Part shown: piece by piece, positions 22,411 to 31,434 of the stretch
Position numbering within the stretch: the stretch's first letter is position 1
Layout: each line of letters begins with the position of its first letter
NCBI GenBank assembly: GCA_965198225.1
Contig: CBDAOY010000006.1
Coordinates: 96,001-160,000 of the forward strand
Length of the DNA stretch: 64,000 bases
Origin: Terriglobia bacterium
GTDB lineage: Bacteria; Acidobacteriota; Terriglobia; 20CM-2-55-15
Reading direction: 5' to 3'
Notes under the pieces: generated by a model
Database searches by the model: none
The model's input: the letters and a program-made list of their open reading frames with translations, nothing else
What the model was told of the DNA's origin: nothing
Made by a program: the position numbers and the translations under genes

Positions 22411-22525
22411 TGGCGGGGCGGTCCGGTCTGGACTGCTCACTCCAACCCTGAGGTCCCTGGACGGAAGAAAGTGTGGAGCATTGCTCCGTTCCCTTCCTGA
22501 GCAGCGACAGTCGAAACCCCGCCCC
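22411..22525 (-). ncRNA. Candidate structured RNA of unknown family
   Basis: Terminal stem GGGGCGG/CCGCCCC plus GCCA; inner stems CUGCUCA/UGAGCAG, GGAAGGG/UUCUUCC, GGAGC/GCUCC; G-U pairs favour the minus strand. Confidence 0.5.
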
Positions 22526-22607
22526 ACCCACAGTATTCAGATGGCTGGGGACAGGTCCGGGGCATCTACCATAAATTTCTTGAATCCAGTACAATCATGG
22601 TACCGCG

Positions 22608-23150
22608 ATGCGTCTGAAACCCATTCTTTTCTTCGGCCTGATCGGTCTCCTGGCCGCATTCGCCATCTACAATGGCGGGGGCCCAAACCTGGCGATCGGC
22701 TCTGTGGCGCCCGACTTCGAATTGAAAGATCCGGACGGCAAACTCGTGCGTCTGAGCGACTTCCGCGGCAAGTTCGTTTTCCTGAACTTCTGGGCCACGT
22801 GGTGCGAGCCGTGTGTCGACGAAATGCCCGCGATGATGACGCTGAACGAGACCCTCAAGGACCGCGATTTCCAGATGCTGGCCGTCAGTGTCGACACAAG
22901 TTGGAAAGCGATCGAGGAGTTCTACGCCCAGTACGAGTTGGACCTGCCGACGCTGCTCGACCCTGCTCAGGCGGTCAGCCGGGGCCGTTACAAGGCAACC
23001 GGTTTCCCGGAGACCTTCCTGATCGATCAAAACGGCCATATCCGGCGCCGTGTCATCGGCCCGGAACTGTGGGCGCATCCACAAGTCGTCGCTCAGATCG
23101 AGGAGATGATGGATCAGCCGATCATCGACCGAGAAGGCTCCACCGAGTAG
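22608..23150 (+). CDS. TlpA/ResA family disulfide reductase
   Basis: N-terminal anchor, LNFWATWCEPC, GFPETFLID. Confidence 0.92.
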   Translation: MRLKPILFFGLIGLLAAFAIYNGGGPNLAIGSVAPDFELKDPDGKLVRLSDFRGKFVFLNFWATWCEPCVDEMPAMMTLNETLKDRDFQMLAVSVDTSWKAIEEFYAQYELDLPTLLDPAQAVSRGRYKATGFPETFLIDQNGHIRRRVIGPELWAHPQVVAQIEEMMDQPIIDREGSTE

Positions 23151-23411
23151 TGGCCTGTAACAGAGAGAGTGATAGAGGCGTTGCGAGCGCAACGGTACCG
23201 TATTCTAGGAGCGCCGCCCGAGTTAATGCTGCTTCATTGCGAGAAGGCGCGACAACGAAGACGGTACCGTTCCGCCGCAACCCGAAGGGACGCTGGGTCT
23301 TGCCAGCCACGCAGCGGAGTTAGGAAACCGGCGTTTTTCGTTCTGCAACGACTCGTGAGAGGACCGGCAAGGCCCATCGGCGACGCTGTCACTATCTCTG
23401 TTACAGGCCAC
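23150..23411. mobile_element. MITE-like element with 25-bp terminal inverted repeats
   Basis: GTGGCCTGTAACAGAGAGAGTGATA ... TGTCACTATCTCTGTTACAGGCCAC (2 mismatches); partial second copy at 37833-38028. Confidence 0.75.
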
Positions 23412-23440
23412 CAGGCAACCCTGCCGCCGCCTCGCCGCAC

Positions 23441-24532
23441 ATGACGTTCACCGGCTCAGAATCCGTGCCAACACTCGACTGCTTCTTCGGCCTTACACGC
23501 GCCGAACTGGCCGACAGCCTGGATCGGGACTTTCGCGCCACCCAGATCTTCGAAGCGGTCTACGCCCAATGGGCGGACGACTTCGATCGAATCACGAATC
23601 TGCCCAAACCGCTCCGGACGGAGCTCCGCAACCGCTTCGACATCGGGATGCCCGCGATCCACCGCTCGTTTTCCTCCGACGACGGCACCGAGCGATACCT
23701 GCTCCGGTTCGCGGACGGTGAGATGGCCGAAACCGTGTTTATTCCGGACGGAAGCCGAAATACGATCTGCGTGTCGTCGCAAGTGGGTTGCGCCCTGGCC
23801 TGCAGCTTCTGTCTGACAGGGCAGCTAGGATTCACCAGACACTTGACGGCCGGCGAGATCGTCGGGCAGGTGATCCTGGTGCAGCGCCTGAACGTGCCCT
23901 CCGAGAAGCGGGACCACTTCAACGTGGTCCTGATGGGCATGGGCGAACCCCTGCACAACTATGACAACGTCATGAGGGCCCTGGAGATCCTGCATGATCC
24001 GGCAGGCCTGGGTATGTCGATGTCGCGGATTACCCTGTCGACGGCAGGGCTCATACCGGAGCTCGAGCGTCTGTCCTCGGAACCGTTGATTCCGAACCTG
24101 GCCGTTTCCGTGACCGGCACCACGAACGAGAACCGCGACCGCCTGATGCCGATCAACCGGACCTACCCGATCGAGGCTCTCGTGTCCACTCTCGGCCGGT
24201 TCCCGCTCAAGCCGCGGCAACGGATCACCTTCGAGTACGTCCTGCTCAGGGGCATTACCGATTCGGTCCAGGACGCCAGACGCCTCGCTCGTGCGGTCGA
24301 AGGAGTCCGGGCAAAGGTGAACCTCATCCCGCTCAACGAATCGCCGGACCTGGATCTGGAAAGATCTCCCGATCCCGACATACGCCGTTTCCAGCAAATC
24401 CTCGAGGAGGCCGGCGTTCCGACCTTTATCCGCAAGAGTCGCGGCAGCGACATCTCGGCCGCGTGCGGTCAGCTCAAGAAGAAATGGGCGGATGGGCGTC
24501 CGGAAATCGATTTGACGGCGTTGGGGGTGTAG
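23441..24532 (+). CDS. rlmN: 23S rRNA (adenine(2503)-C2)-methyltransferase
   Basis: CVSSQVGCALACSFC, MGMGEPL, KVNLIP, AACGQL. Confidence 0.96.
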   Translation: MTFTGSESVPTLDCFFGLTRAELADSLDRDFRATQIFEAVYAQWADDFDRITNLPKPLRTELRNRFDIGMPAIHRSFSSDDGTERYLLRFADGEMAETVFIPDGSRNTICVSSQVGCALACSFCLTGQLGFTRHLTAGEIVGQVILVQRLNVPSEKRDHFNVVLMGMGEPLHNYDNVMRALEILHDPAGLGMSMSRITLSTAGLIPELERLSSEPLIPNLAVSVTGTTNENRDRLMPINRTYPIEALVSTLGRFPLKPRQRITFEYVLLRGITDSVQDARRLARAVEGVRAKVNLIPLNESPDLDLERSPDPDIRRFQQILEEAGVPTFIRKSRGSDISAACGQLKKKWADGRPEIDLTALGV

Positions 24533-24551
24533 GTGCGGTCTATGACCGCAC
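24527..24551 (+). repeat. Single REP, family A
   Basis: GTGTAGGTGCGGTCTATGACCGCAC; contains the rlmN TAG stop. Confidence 0.85.
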
Positions 24552-24683
24552 AACTTGTGCTTCCGCGGGCATTTGTATTGGCGTTCACCGTCGTTTACGC
24601 TGAAGAACACCCGTTTATCAACTTCTTCGCTTAGTCAAGACCCGCGGTCACCGAACGGACAACGGCCTACGGCCTACGAACAA

Positions 24684-25757
24684 CTAATAAACGTCCCGGA
24701 GCCAGCGGACGATCTCGTCGATCGCTCTGGGATCGGCTAGCCAGGCGGCGGTGCCGCCGTCTACGGGAAGGGTGACGATTCGGGAAGGTCCGCTGATGTA
24801 ATTGCGAATCCGGTTCCCGACCGCCTGGTCGTTGACCATGAGGAGGGCGGAACGCGGAGTGAAGTCCTGCGCGCTGCCCGACATCGAGAGAGCCTCTCCC
24901 ATGTCGGGGTCGAGCGCCGCAACGGTGTAGACCTCGCTGAAGCGACCGCTGGCGATCAGGGCAAGGTTGGCCCCCACGTCAGCCCCGATCACCACGATCC
25001 GGTTCGACGCCAGACGCGGTTGAGACTTCAGCCAGTCCAGCGCCGGCCCGACATCCAGCGGAAACTGGCGAGAGTCCATCCGCCAATCAGGTTCCGGTTC
25101 GATCGGTTCGCGGTTTCGTGTCTTGCTGAGACCGTGACCGCGTAGATCGATCGACATCACGGCCCATCCGTCCGTCAACAGACGGGTCTCCAGGTCGCCC
25201 CAGACCGCCCGGTTCTCTCCGTACCCGTGCAGAAGCAACACGGCCGGTATCGGAGCCGGAATCCCGGTTGGAAGCTCGAACGAGCCGCGAATCTGCACCA
25301 GGTCAAACGTGTCGAACCGGGGACCGTTGTCGTTGCCTTCAAGATCGGAGTCACTGGGAACGATCGCGACGTCGAGTTCGAAGTTCAGGACGTTGTCCGG
25401 ACGGCTCAAGAACGAGCTGACGATCCGCCTCCGGGACTCCTTACCCTGGAACTCGGCATGGACTTCGTAGTCGACGTCGGGCGGGAGACCGTTGAGCGCG
25501 TACAACCCGTCGTCGTCGGTCGTCAGCGTACGAATGATATCGGTTTCGGTGTTCCGGACGAATACACGCGCTCCCAGGACGGGTTGTCCGCGCAGGTCTC
25601 GAACCACGCCGTGAACGTTCTTGGGGCGCGGCTCAGGTCGCTGGGCGGAGGCCGGGATGGCGCCCCCCGGCAGCAGAATTCCAGATAGCAGCAGGCCGGA
25701 AACAGCAGCGGCCCTAACCCTCGGGCTTGAGAAGAACAGTAAGATCGACACGCTCAT
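24684..25757 (-). CDS. Secreted carboxypeptidase-regulatory-like domain plus alpha/beta-hydrolase-fold protein
   Basis: Signal peptide, GVVRDLRGQPVLGARV, LLHGYGE, DLRGHGLS; nucleophile elbow reads GADVG. Confidence 0.7.
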   Translation of the reverse strand: MSVSILLFFSSPRVRAAAVSGLLLSGILLPGGAIPASAQRPEPRPKNVHGVVRDLRGQPVLGARVFVRNTETDIIRTLTTDDDGLYALNGLPPDVDYEVHAEFQGKESRRRIVSSFLSRPDNVLNFELDVAIVPSDSDLEGNDNGPRFDTFDLVQIRGSFELPTGIPAPIPAVLLLHGYGENRAVWGDLETRLLTDGWAVMSIDLRGHGLSKTRNREPIEPEPDWRMDSRQFPLDVGPALDWLKSQPRLASNRIVVIGADVGANLALIASGRFSEVYTVAALDPDMGEALSMSGSAQDFTPRSALLMVNDQAVGNRIRNYISGPSRIVTLPVDGGTAAWLADPRAIDEIVRWLRDVY

Positions 25758-26097
25758 CGGCAAAAACCTCTATCTCCCGTTTGTCCTCTGCGAAGTTCTC
25801 GGCCCGGAACGTGATTGCCCACTTGGCAGGCCCTGGAGGCAGCCGAAAGGCAAACTCCCCGATCGCGTCGCTCCGAACTTCCCTTCGGGTCTTTTTTCGG
25901 TCCTTCTCGTCCACGTCGACGCGTTCGATTTCGATTTCGACCCCCGGGAAAGAACGCCCGACGAACGTGAACACGGTTCCCTTGACGAGTGCGTAGTCCT
26001 CGGTTTCCTGGGCGGCCGCTTCGACCTGCAGGCTCGCCACAAGCAGCAGGATGCCGACAGATGAGAGGGCACCCCCGATGAATCCCGACCTCACCAC
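25714..26097 (-). CDS. Secreted carboxypeptidase-regulatory-like domain protein (start approximate)
   Basis: Signal peptide, GTVFTFVGRSFPGV, SDAIGEFAFRLPPG. Confidence 0.65.
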   Translation of the reverse strand: MVRSGFIGGALSSVGILLLVASLQVEAAAQETEDYALVKGTVFTFVGRSFPGVEIEIERVDVDEKDRKKTRREVRSDAIGEFAFRLPPGPAKWAITFRAENFAEDKREIEVFADERVDLTVLLKPEG

Positions 26098-26107
26098 CGT
26101 GGGCCCC

Positions 26108-26641
26108 TCAATTCGATCCTCTCTTGAGCAGTCTTTGGATGACCTCTTCGGTGCCTTCATAGCGACCGATACCCGTGTGGCTCAGCTGGATCACCCCTTC
26201 CTGGTCGACGACATAGTGCGTCGGCCAGGCGGCACAGAGATAGTCCGTCCAGGTCAGGTAGTCGTGGTCGATCGTTACCGGATACTCCAGTCCGCGGGCA
26301 GCCACGGTCTCACGCACCTTCGCAACGTCCTCCTCGAACTCGGCACGGGGGGTATGCACCCCGATGATGACCAGACCCTCGTCTGCATACTTGGCATGCA
26401 TCTCCTTCAGATGGGGCATCGTCTTCGCGCATTCGGGGCAGGCGAAAGCCCAGAAATCGATCAGGACAACCTTCCCCCGCAGACCCTCCAGGGTAAGTGG
26501 CTCTGAATTGATCCATTCGCTGGTCTTGAGTTCCGGCGCCTTCTGCCCGACAAAAGCATCGTCAGCATGTTGCGCCGTCAGCACCGCGGCCGGCAGCAGG
26601 ATCAGGCCCGCTAACAGGACACAGGAAAGTCTTCGAAGCAT
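26108..26641 (-). CDS. Secreted redoxin (DipZ/TlpA-like thioredoxin)
   Basis: WINSEPL, LIDFWAFACPEC, IGVHTP, AWPT. Confidence 0.88.
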   Translation of the reverse strand: MLRRLSCVLLAGLILLPAAVLTAQHADDAFVGQKAPELKTSEWINSEPLTLEGLRGKVVLIDFWAFACPECAKTMPHLKEMHAKYADEGLVIIGVHTPRAEFEEDVAKVRETVAARGLEYPVTIDHDYLTWTDYLCAAWPTHYVVDQEGVIQLSHTGIGRYEGTEEVIQRLLKRGSN

Positions 26642-26896
26642 GATTTCTCCGTTTCGCTGGGATAGAAGCCTATTTTGTCACAGATTTAGCCTTTCGTTAA
26701 GCGAACGGGACGACTGTAGGGGGGACAGGGCCTCGCTGCCCCCGGTTGTCTTGCTAAGCCGAGACTTTCGCAAAAGACCCTGGCGTGGGGGGACCGGACC
26801 AGCTGTCTTTCTCCGTAGCCGTCCGCAATGCGGGTGTGTCGTCGAACGCTTTTACTGTCCGTGAGAGGGGGACGGTGGGCCCGACGCTAATGAACG

Positions 26897-26944
26897 CCGG
26901 GGACAGGGCTTGCCCTGTCCCCGGGTGTTTACTAAGCAGAAGTG
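26897..26944 (+). repeat. Palindromic repeat, family B (degenerate copy at 26716-26759)
   Basis: CCGGGGACAGGGC-TT-GCCCTGTCCCCGG-GTGTTTACTAAGCAGAAG. Confidence 0.8.
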
Positions 26945-26958
26945 TCTGGGAGCGCGAT

Positions 26959-27465
26959 TTACTTCCTCCCCACCAGCGTCGCCACCGCTCGACCTTCGAC
27001 GACACTCTCCTCGTAGTGGATCAACTCCAGGTCGCAGAAGGCCCGACGGAGTTCTCCCGGGTCCAGCAAATATTCGCGGCGTGGTCGAACATGCCCTAGA
27101 ACTTCGGCGTTGTCGGTCGTAAAAGTCCGGAAAAACAGGAGCCCGCCTGGCCGAAGCGCGGACAGGTATTGGGGAAAAAGCGACCGGTCGAGGAATAGGG
27201 TATTGATAATCGCGTCGCAGCTCCCAGGAAGCAGCGACATGTTCTCCACATCGGCTTCGACGGCTTCCAGATCCAGACCTTCTGCCCGCGCTGTCTCCCC
27301 GAGATCACAGATGAATTCGGGGTTGCGCTCCATCGCCAGAACCGCACAAGCGCGCCGCGCAAACAGGAGCGCATGGCGCCCTCCGCCGGAGGCGACGTCC
27401 AAGACTCGCGCTCCGGGCTCTACCAGCTTCGAGAATCGAACGATGAAGTCTTCAGGCTCATTCAT
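26959..27465 (-). CDS. Class I SAM-dependent methyltransferase (TehB-like)
   Basis: VLDVASGGGRH, LRPGG, YLLDPGEL. Confidence 0.85.
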   Translation of the reverse strand: MNEPEDFIVRFSKLVEPGARVLDVASGGGRHALLFARRACAVLAMERNPEFICDLGETARAEGLDLEAVEADVENMSLLPGSCDAIINTLFLDRSLFPQYLSALRPGGLLFFRTFTTDNAEVLGHVRPRREYLLDPGELRRAFCDLELIHYEESVVEGRAVATLVGRK

Positions 27466-27542
27466 CAGTCACCTGGCACTCAGCGTGCACGTGGCGCATA
27501 GCGAGGCTAAGCAGCCCGTGGCAGCAGGCTGCTAGACCCACG

Positions 27543-28680
27543 ATGGCAGAGAACCCCATCCACGCTCAAGCACTCCGTCGTAAGAAAGCATTCCTCCGGA
27601 TGATCCTCGTACCGGGCCTCGGAACGCAAACCCTCAAGAAACTGACGTCGCACTTCGAACGGCCGGAGTCTGTGGTAGAAGCCGGTCGAGACCAACTGCG
27701 TCGGTTGTCCGGTTTCCGACGACGTCATCGACGATCTCCTGTCCGGCCAGTCCGCCGAGAGAGCCGAGGCCGAATGGCAGAGGACTGTCGAAGCGGAGAT
27801 TGAGGTCGTCGACATCCTGGACGACGCCTATCCACCGCTGCTTCGGGAGATATATGACCCACCGCTCGTGTTGTACGTTCGCGGCTGCGTGTCGGAGATC
27901 ATCCGGCCGCAGGTGGCCATCGTCGGGACGCGACGGCCGTCCCCCTATGGTGTCAACTGCGCTGAGCGACTGGCCGAAGACCTTGCGAATCGCGGCCTGG
28001 TCGTCACGTCGGGAATGGCCCGGGGCATCGACGCGGCGGCCCATCGCGGATCACTCGCGGGAGGACAGACCGTGGCCGTTTTCGGGACCGGACTGGACCA
28101 GGCATACCCGCGAGAAAATCGCCGACTCGCTGATTTGGCGGCGCAAAATGGCGCTCTGGTGTCGGAATTTCCCCTGGGAACTCCACCACTGCCCCAGAAC
28201 TTTCCCCTCCGAAACCGGATCCTGGCCGGGATGACCCTGGGGACAGTCGTCGTCGAGGCGGCGGAACGGTCGGGCTCGCTCATTACGGCGCGTCTCGCCC
28301 TCGATGCCAATCGCGAAGTGTTCGCGGTTCCGGGGCCGATCAACTCCGCGACAAGTGTCGGGCCTCACCTGCTCATTCGTCAGGGGGCGCGCCTGGTGTC
28401 GGACTGGCGGGATGTGATCGAGGAACTCCCTGCCGCTGTTTCGGCAGAAATACCGACATTCGAGGAACCGAATCCCGGAGCGGCCCGCGAAGGCGGCACG
28501 CTCGACGAGCGGCAACGTCGGGTCCGAGACGCCCTGTCCGCGTCCTGTCCGATTCCGATCGACGCTCTGCTTTCGAAACTGTCCCTGGAAGCGTCCGACG
28601 TCTATGCGGCTCTGGTCGAACTGGAGCTGTTGGACCTTATTCGGCAACTTCCGGGACAACGATACATCCGAAAGTTATGA
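27543..28680 (+). pseudogene. dprA: DNA-processing protein DprA, interrupted by a frameshift near 27680-27712
   Basis: N-terminal LVPGLG in one frame; VSDDVIDDLL...YPPLLREIYDPPLVLYVRG...SGMARGID...FPLRNR...EAAERSGSLITA in the +1 frame; typical position upstream of topA. Confidence 0.85.
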
Positions 28681-28799
28681 AAGGGCTTAGGTGGCGATCG
28701 AACGAGGAAGTTCAAAAGACGGGGTTGATTTTTACCGTGACAATACTTAATAACTTACAAGTCGTGACCGGAATCTGACCGAAAGACCGCGTGACAACG

Positions 28800-31268
28800 A
28801 TGGCAACTAAGACCACCAAGAAAACAAAGACGACGAAAAAGAAGGCCACGCCGAAGAAGGCGCTCGTGATCGTAGAGTCGCCGGCGAAGGCCAATACGAT
28901 CCGCAAGTATCTCGGGTCGGGCTACGTCGTCAAGGCCTCGGTCGGACACGTAAAGGATCTGCCCAAGAGCAAGCTCGGCATCGACATCGAACATAAGTTC
29001 GAGCCGGCCTACGAACTGATACCCGGGAAGGAAAAGGTCGTCAAGGAGCTTCGCAACGCCGCTCGCTCCGCCAACAAGATCTTCCTGGCTACGGACAACG
29101 ACCGCGAAGGTGAGGCTATCTGCCAGCACCTGAAAGAAATCCTGGACGGCAAGGACCGGGAGATCCTCAGGGTCCTGTTCAACGAGATCACGCCCCGAGC
29201 CATCCGTGGCGCGATCGACAAACCGTCGGAAATCAACTCGAACGTCGTCTATGCCCAGCAGGCGCGCCGGATACTCGACCGGCTTGTGGGTTACCAGGTC
29301 AGCCCGCTGCTGTGGGACAAGGTCCGGCGCGGGATCTCGGCGGGACGGGTCCAGACCGTGGCACTGCGCCTGATCGTCGAACGCGAGCGCGAAGTCCAGG
29401 AATTCAAATCCGAAGAGTACTGGACGATCGGAGCCAGACTCGAAGGGCACGAGCCGCCGCCGTTCGAAGCCCGGCTCGTCAAGTACCAGGACAAAAACAT
29501 CGCGGTTGCCAGCCAGGCCGAGGCCGACCACATCGTTTCGGCGGTGCGGGATTCGAAGTTCCTGGTTCAATCGGTCGTCAAGAAGGAGAGAAAGCGCAGG
29601 CCGGTTCCGCCGTTCACGACCAGCAAACTGCAGCAGGATGCGGCCAGGCGGTTCCGCTTCACGGTCAAGAAGACGATGATGCTGGCCCAGCGGCTCTATG
29701 AGGGGAAGGAGATCGGCGAAGAAGGCAGCGTCGGTCTCATCACTTACATGCGGACCGACTCCACACGGATATCCGACGACGCGATGGGCATGGTTCGCAG
29801 TTACGTCTCCGGGAACTACGGCTCTGGCTATCTCCCCGAAAAACCGGTTGTCTACAAGAGCAAGAAGGGTGCACAGGACGCCCACGAGGCAATCCGCCCG
29901 ACGTTCGTCGAGCACACTCCGGACGAGATCAAGGGCTATCTCAGCGAAGACGAGTACAAGCTCTACTGGTTGATCTGGACCCGGTTCGTGGCATCACAGA
30001 TGAATCCTGCCGTCTACGACCAGACAACGGTGGAGATCGAAACGAAGGGCTACCTGTTCCGGGCCAACGGCAGGGTCCAGAAATTCGACGGATTCCTGAA
30101 GGTATATGAGGAGTCGAAAGAAGAGGACGCCAAGACGGCGCCCGAAGATGAGAACGTCCAACTCCCGCCGCTGACGGAAGGCGAGGCCCTGCGCCTGCTC
30201 GAATTGGATCCCGCGCAGCATTTCACCGAACCGCCGCCGCGCTTCACAGAAGCCGGCTTGGTCAAAGCGCTGGAAGAGAAGGGCATCGGGCGCCCGTCCA
30301 CCTACGCCACGATCCTGACGACGATCCAGGATCGTGAATACGCCCAGAAGAAACAAAACAAGTTCAAGCCGACCGAACTCGGAACAGTCGTCACGGATCA
30401 ACTCGTGAAGCATTTCGCCGACATCTTCGACGTTCAGTACACAGCCAGAATGGAAGAGGAACTGGACGAAGTCGAAGAAGGCAAAATGACGTGGGTCGAA
30501 GCGCTCGATGAATTCTACTCCAAGTTCGAAAAAGACCTGTCTGAAGCCAAGGTCAACATGGAGAACATCAAGCGGCAGGAGATCGCGACCGACGAGGTTT
30601 GCGACAAGTGCGGCAAGCCGATGGTGATCAAGTGGGGTCAGTTCGGCAGCTTCCTCGCCTGCACGGGATATCCGGACTGCACCAACACGAAGGAACTGCA
30701 GAAAGACGAAGACGACGCCGAAGAGGAAAACAAGGAACAGGAGACGATCGAGCCGTGCGAGAACTGCGGACGCGCGATGACGCTCAAGCGGGGACGCTAC
30801 GGTCAGTTCTACGCTTGCACCGGGTACCCCGAGTGCAAGACGACTCGAAAAATGGGTCCGGGCGAAGCCAAGCCGAAGGCGCCCGATGTGCCTCTGGAAG
30901 AGGAGTGTCCGAAGTGCGGCACGAACCTGGTTCTCAAGGATGGGCGCTTCGGCCAGTTCACAGCCTGCGGCAACTATCCCAAGTGCAAGTACATCAAACC
31001 CAAGTTGGTCGGCGTAGGGTGCCCCAAAACCGATTGTGGGGGCGACATCATCGAACGGCGATCCAAGAGGGGAAAGACGTTCTACGGCTGTTCGAACTAC
31101 CCGAAATGCGACTTCGTCCTCTGGCAGACGCCCGTCGCCGAAGCGTGCCCGCAATGCAACTCCCCTTACCTGCTCGAAAAGACCACCAAACGGGGAGGCC
31201 CCATCCGTTATTGCAACGAAGAATCCTGCGACTACAAGATCTCTCTGGAGACCGCCCCCGCAGGCTAG
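28800..31268 (+). CDS. topA: DNA topoisomerase I
   Basis: IVESPAKA, DREGEAI, SAGRVQ, ITYMRTDS, C-terminal zinc ribbons. Confidence 0.98.
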   Translation: MATKTTKKTKTTKKKATPKKALVIVESPAKANTIRKYLGSGYVVKASVGHVKDLPKSKLGIDIEHKFEPAYELIPGKEKVVKELRNAARSANKIFLATDNDREGEAICQHLKEILDGKDREILRVLFNEITPRAIRGAIDKPSEINSNVVYAQQARRILDRLVGYQVSPLLWDKVRRGISAGRVQTVALRLIVEREREVQEFKSEEYWTIGARLEGHEPPPFEARLVKYQDKNIAVASQAEADHIVSAVRDSKFLVQSVVKKERKRRPVPPFTTSKLQQDAARRFRFTVKKTMMLAQRLYEGKEIGEEGSVGLITYMRTDSTRISDDAMGMVRSYVSGNYGSGYLPEKPVVYKSKKGAQDAHEAIRPTFVEHTPDEIKGYLSEDEYKLYWLIWTRFVASQMNPAVYDQTTVEIETKGYLFRANGRVQKFDGFLKVYEESKEEDAKTAPEDENVQLPPLTEGEALRLLELDPAQHFTEPPPRFTEAGLVKALEEKGIGRPSTYATILTTIQDREYAQKKQNKFKPTELGTVVTDQLVKHFADIFDVQYTARMEEELDEVEEGKMTWVEALDEFYSKFEKDLSEAKVNMENIKRQEIATDEVCDKCGKPMVIKWGQFGSFLACTGYPDCTNTKELQKDEDDAEEENKEQETIEPCENCGRAMTLKRGRYGQFYACTGYPECKTTRKMGPGEAKPKAPDVPLEEECPKCGTNLVLKDGRFGQFTACGNYPKCKYIKPKLVGVGCPKTDCGGDIIERRSKRGKTFYGCSNYPKCDFVLWQTPVAEACPQCNSPYLLEKTTKRGGPIRYCNEESCDYKISLETAPAG

Positions 31269-31300
31269 GCTTTCCGGAGATCGGAATTCGTTCCTGCACT

Positions 31301-31367
31301 CTTCTGCTTATTGAACACCCGGGGACAGGGCTATACCCCTGTCCCCCTCACAGTGGCTCTCTCGCGG
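31301..31367 (-). repeat. Palindromic repeat, family B
   Basis: 40 nt (31312-31351) identical to 34823-34862. Confidence 0.85.
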
Positions 31368-31434
31368 ACGCTTCGCTGTAACGGGTGATAGACCACACGC
31401 TGTCGCCGGCAAGCTATAATCGCTCCAACTATCG

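Noticed and set aside
22411-22525. tmRNA, tRNA-Sec, SRP RNA, c-di-GMP-II riboswitch or hammerhead ribozyme
   Set aside because: Too short for tmRNA; no anticodon or T arm; no SRP helix-8 motif; only partial 3' resemblance to c-di-GMP-II; the plus-strand CTGAGCA...GAAA breaks the hammerhead core. Kept only as an unassigned RNA.
22608-26641. Selenocysteine recoding in the redoxins
   Set aside because: Both have ordinary CxxC motifs with no in-frame TGA.
28755-31154. Long antisense and overlapping ORFs (opposite topA, and likewise opposite purL, ggt, polA, lpxD and others)
   Set aside because: Shadow ORFs expected in high-GC coding DNA; no recognisable motifs.
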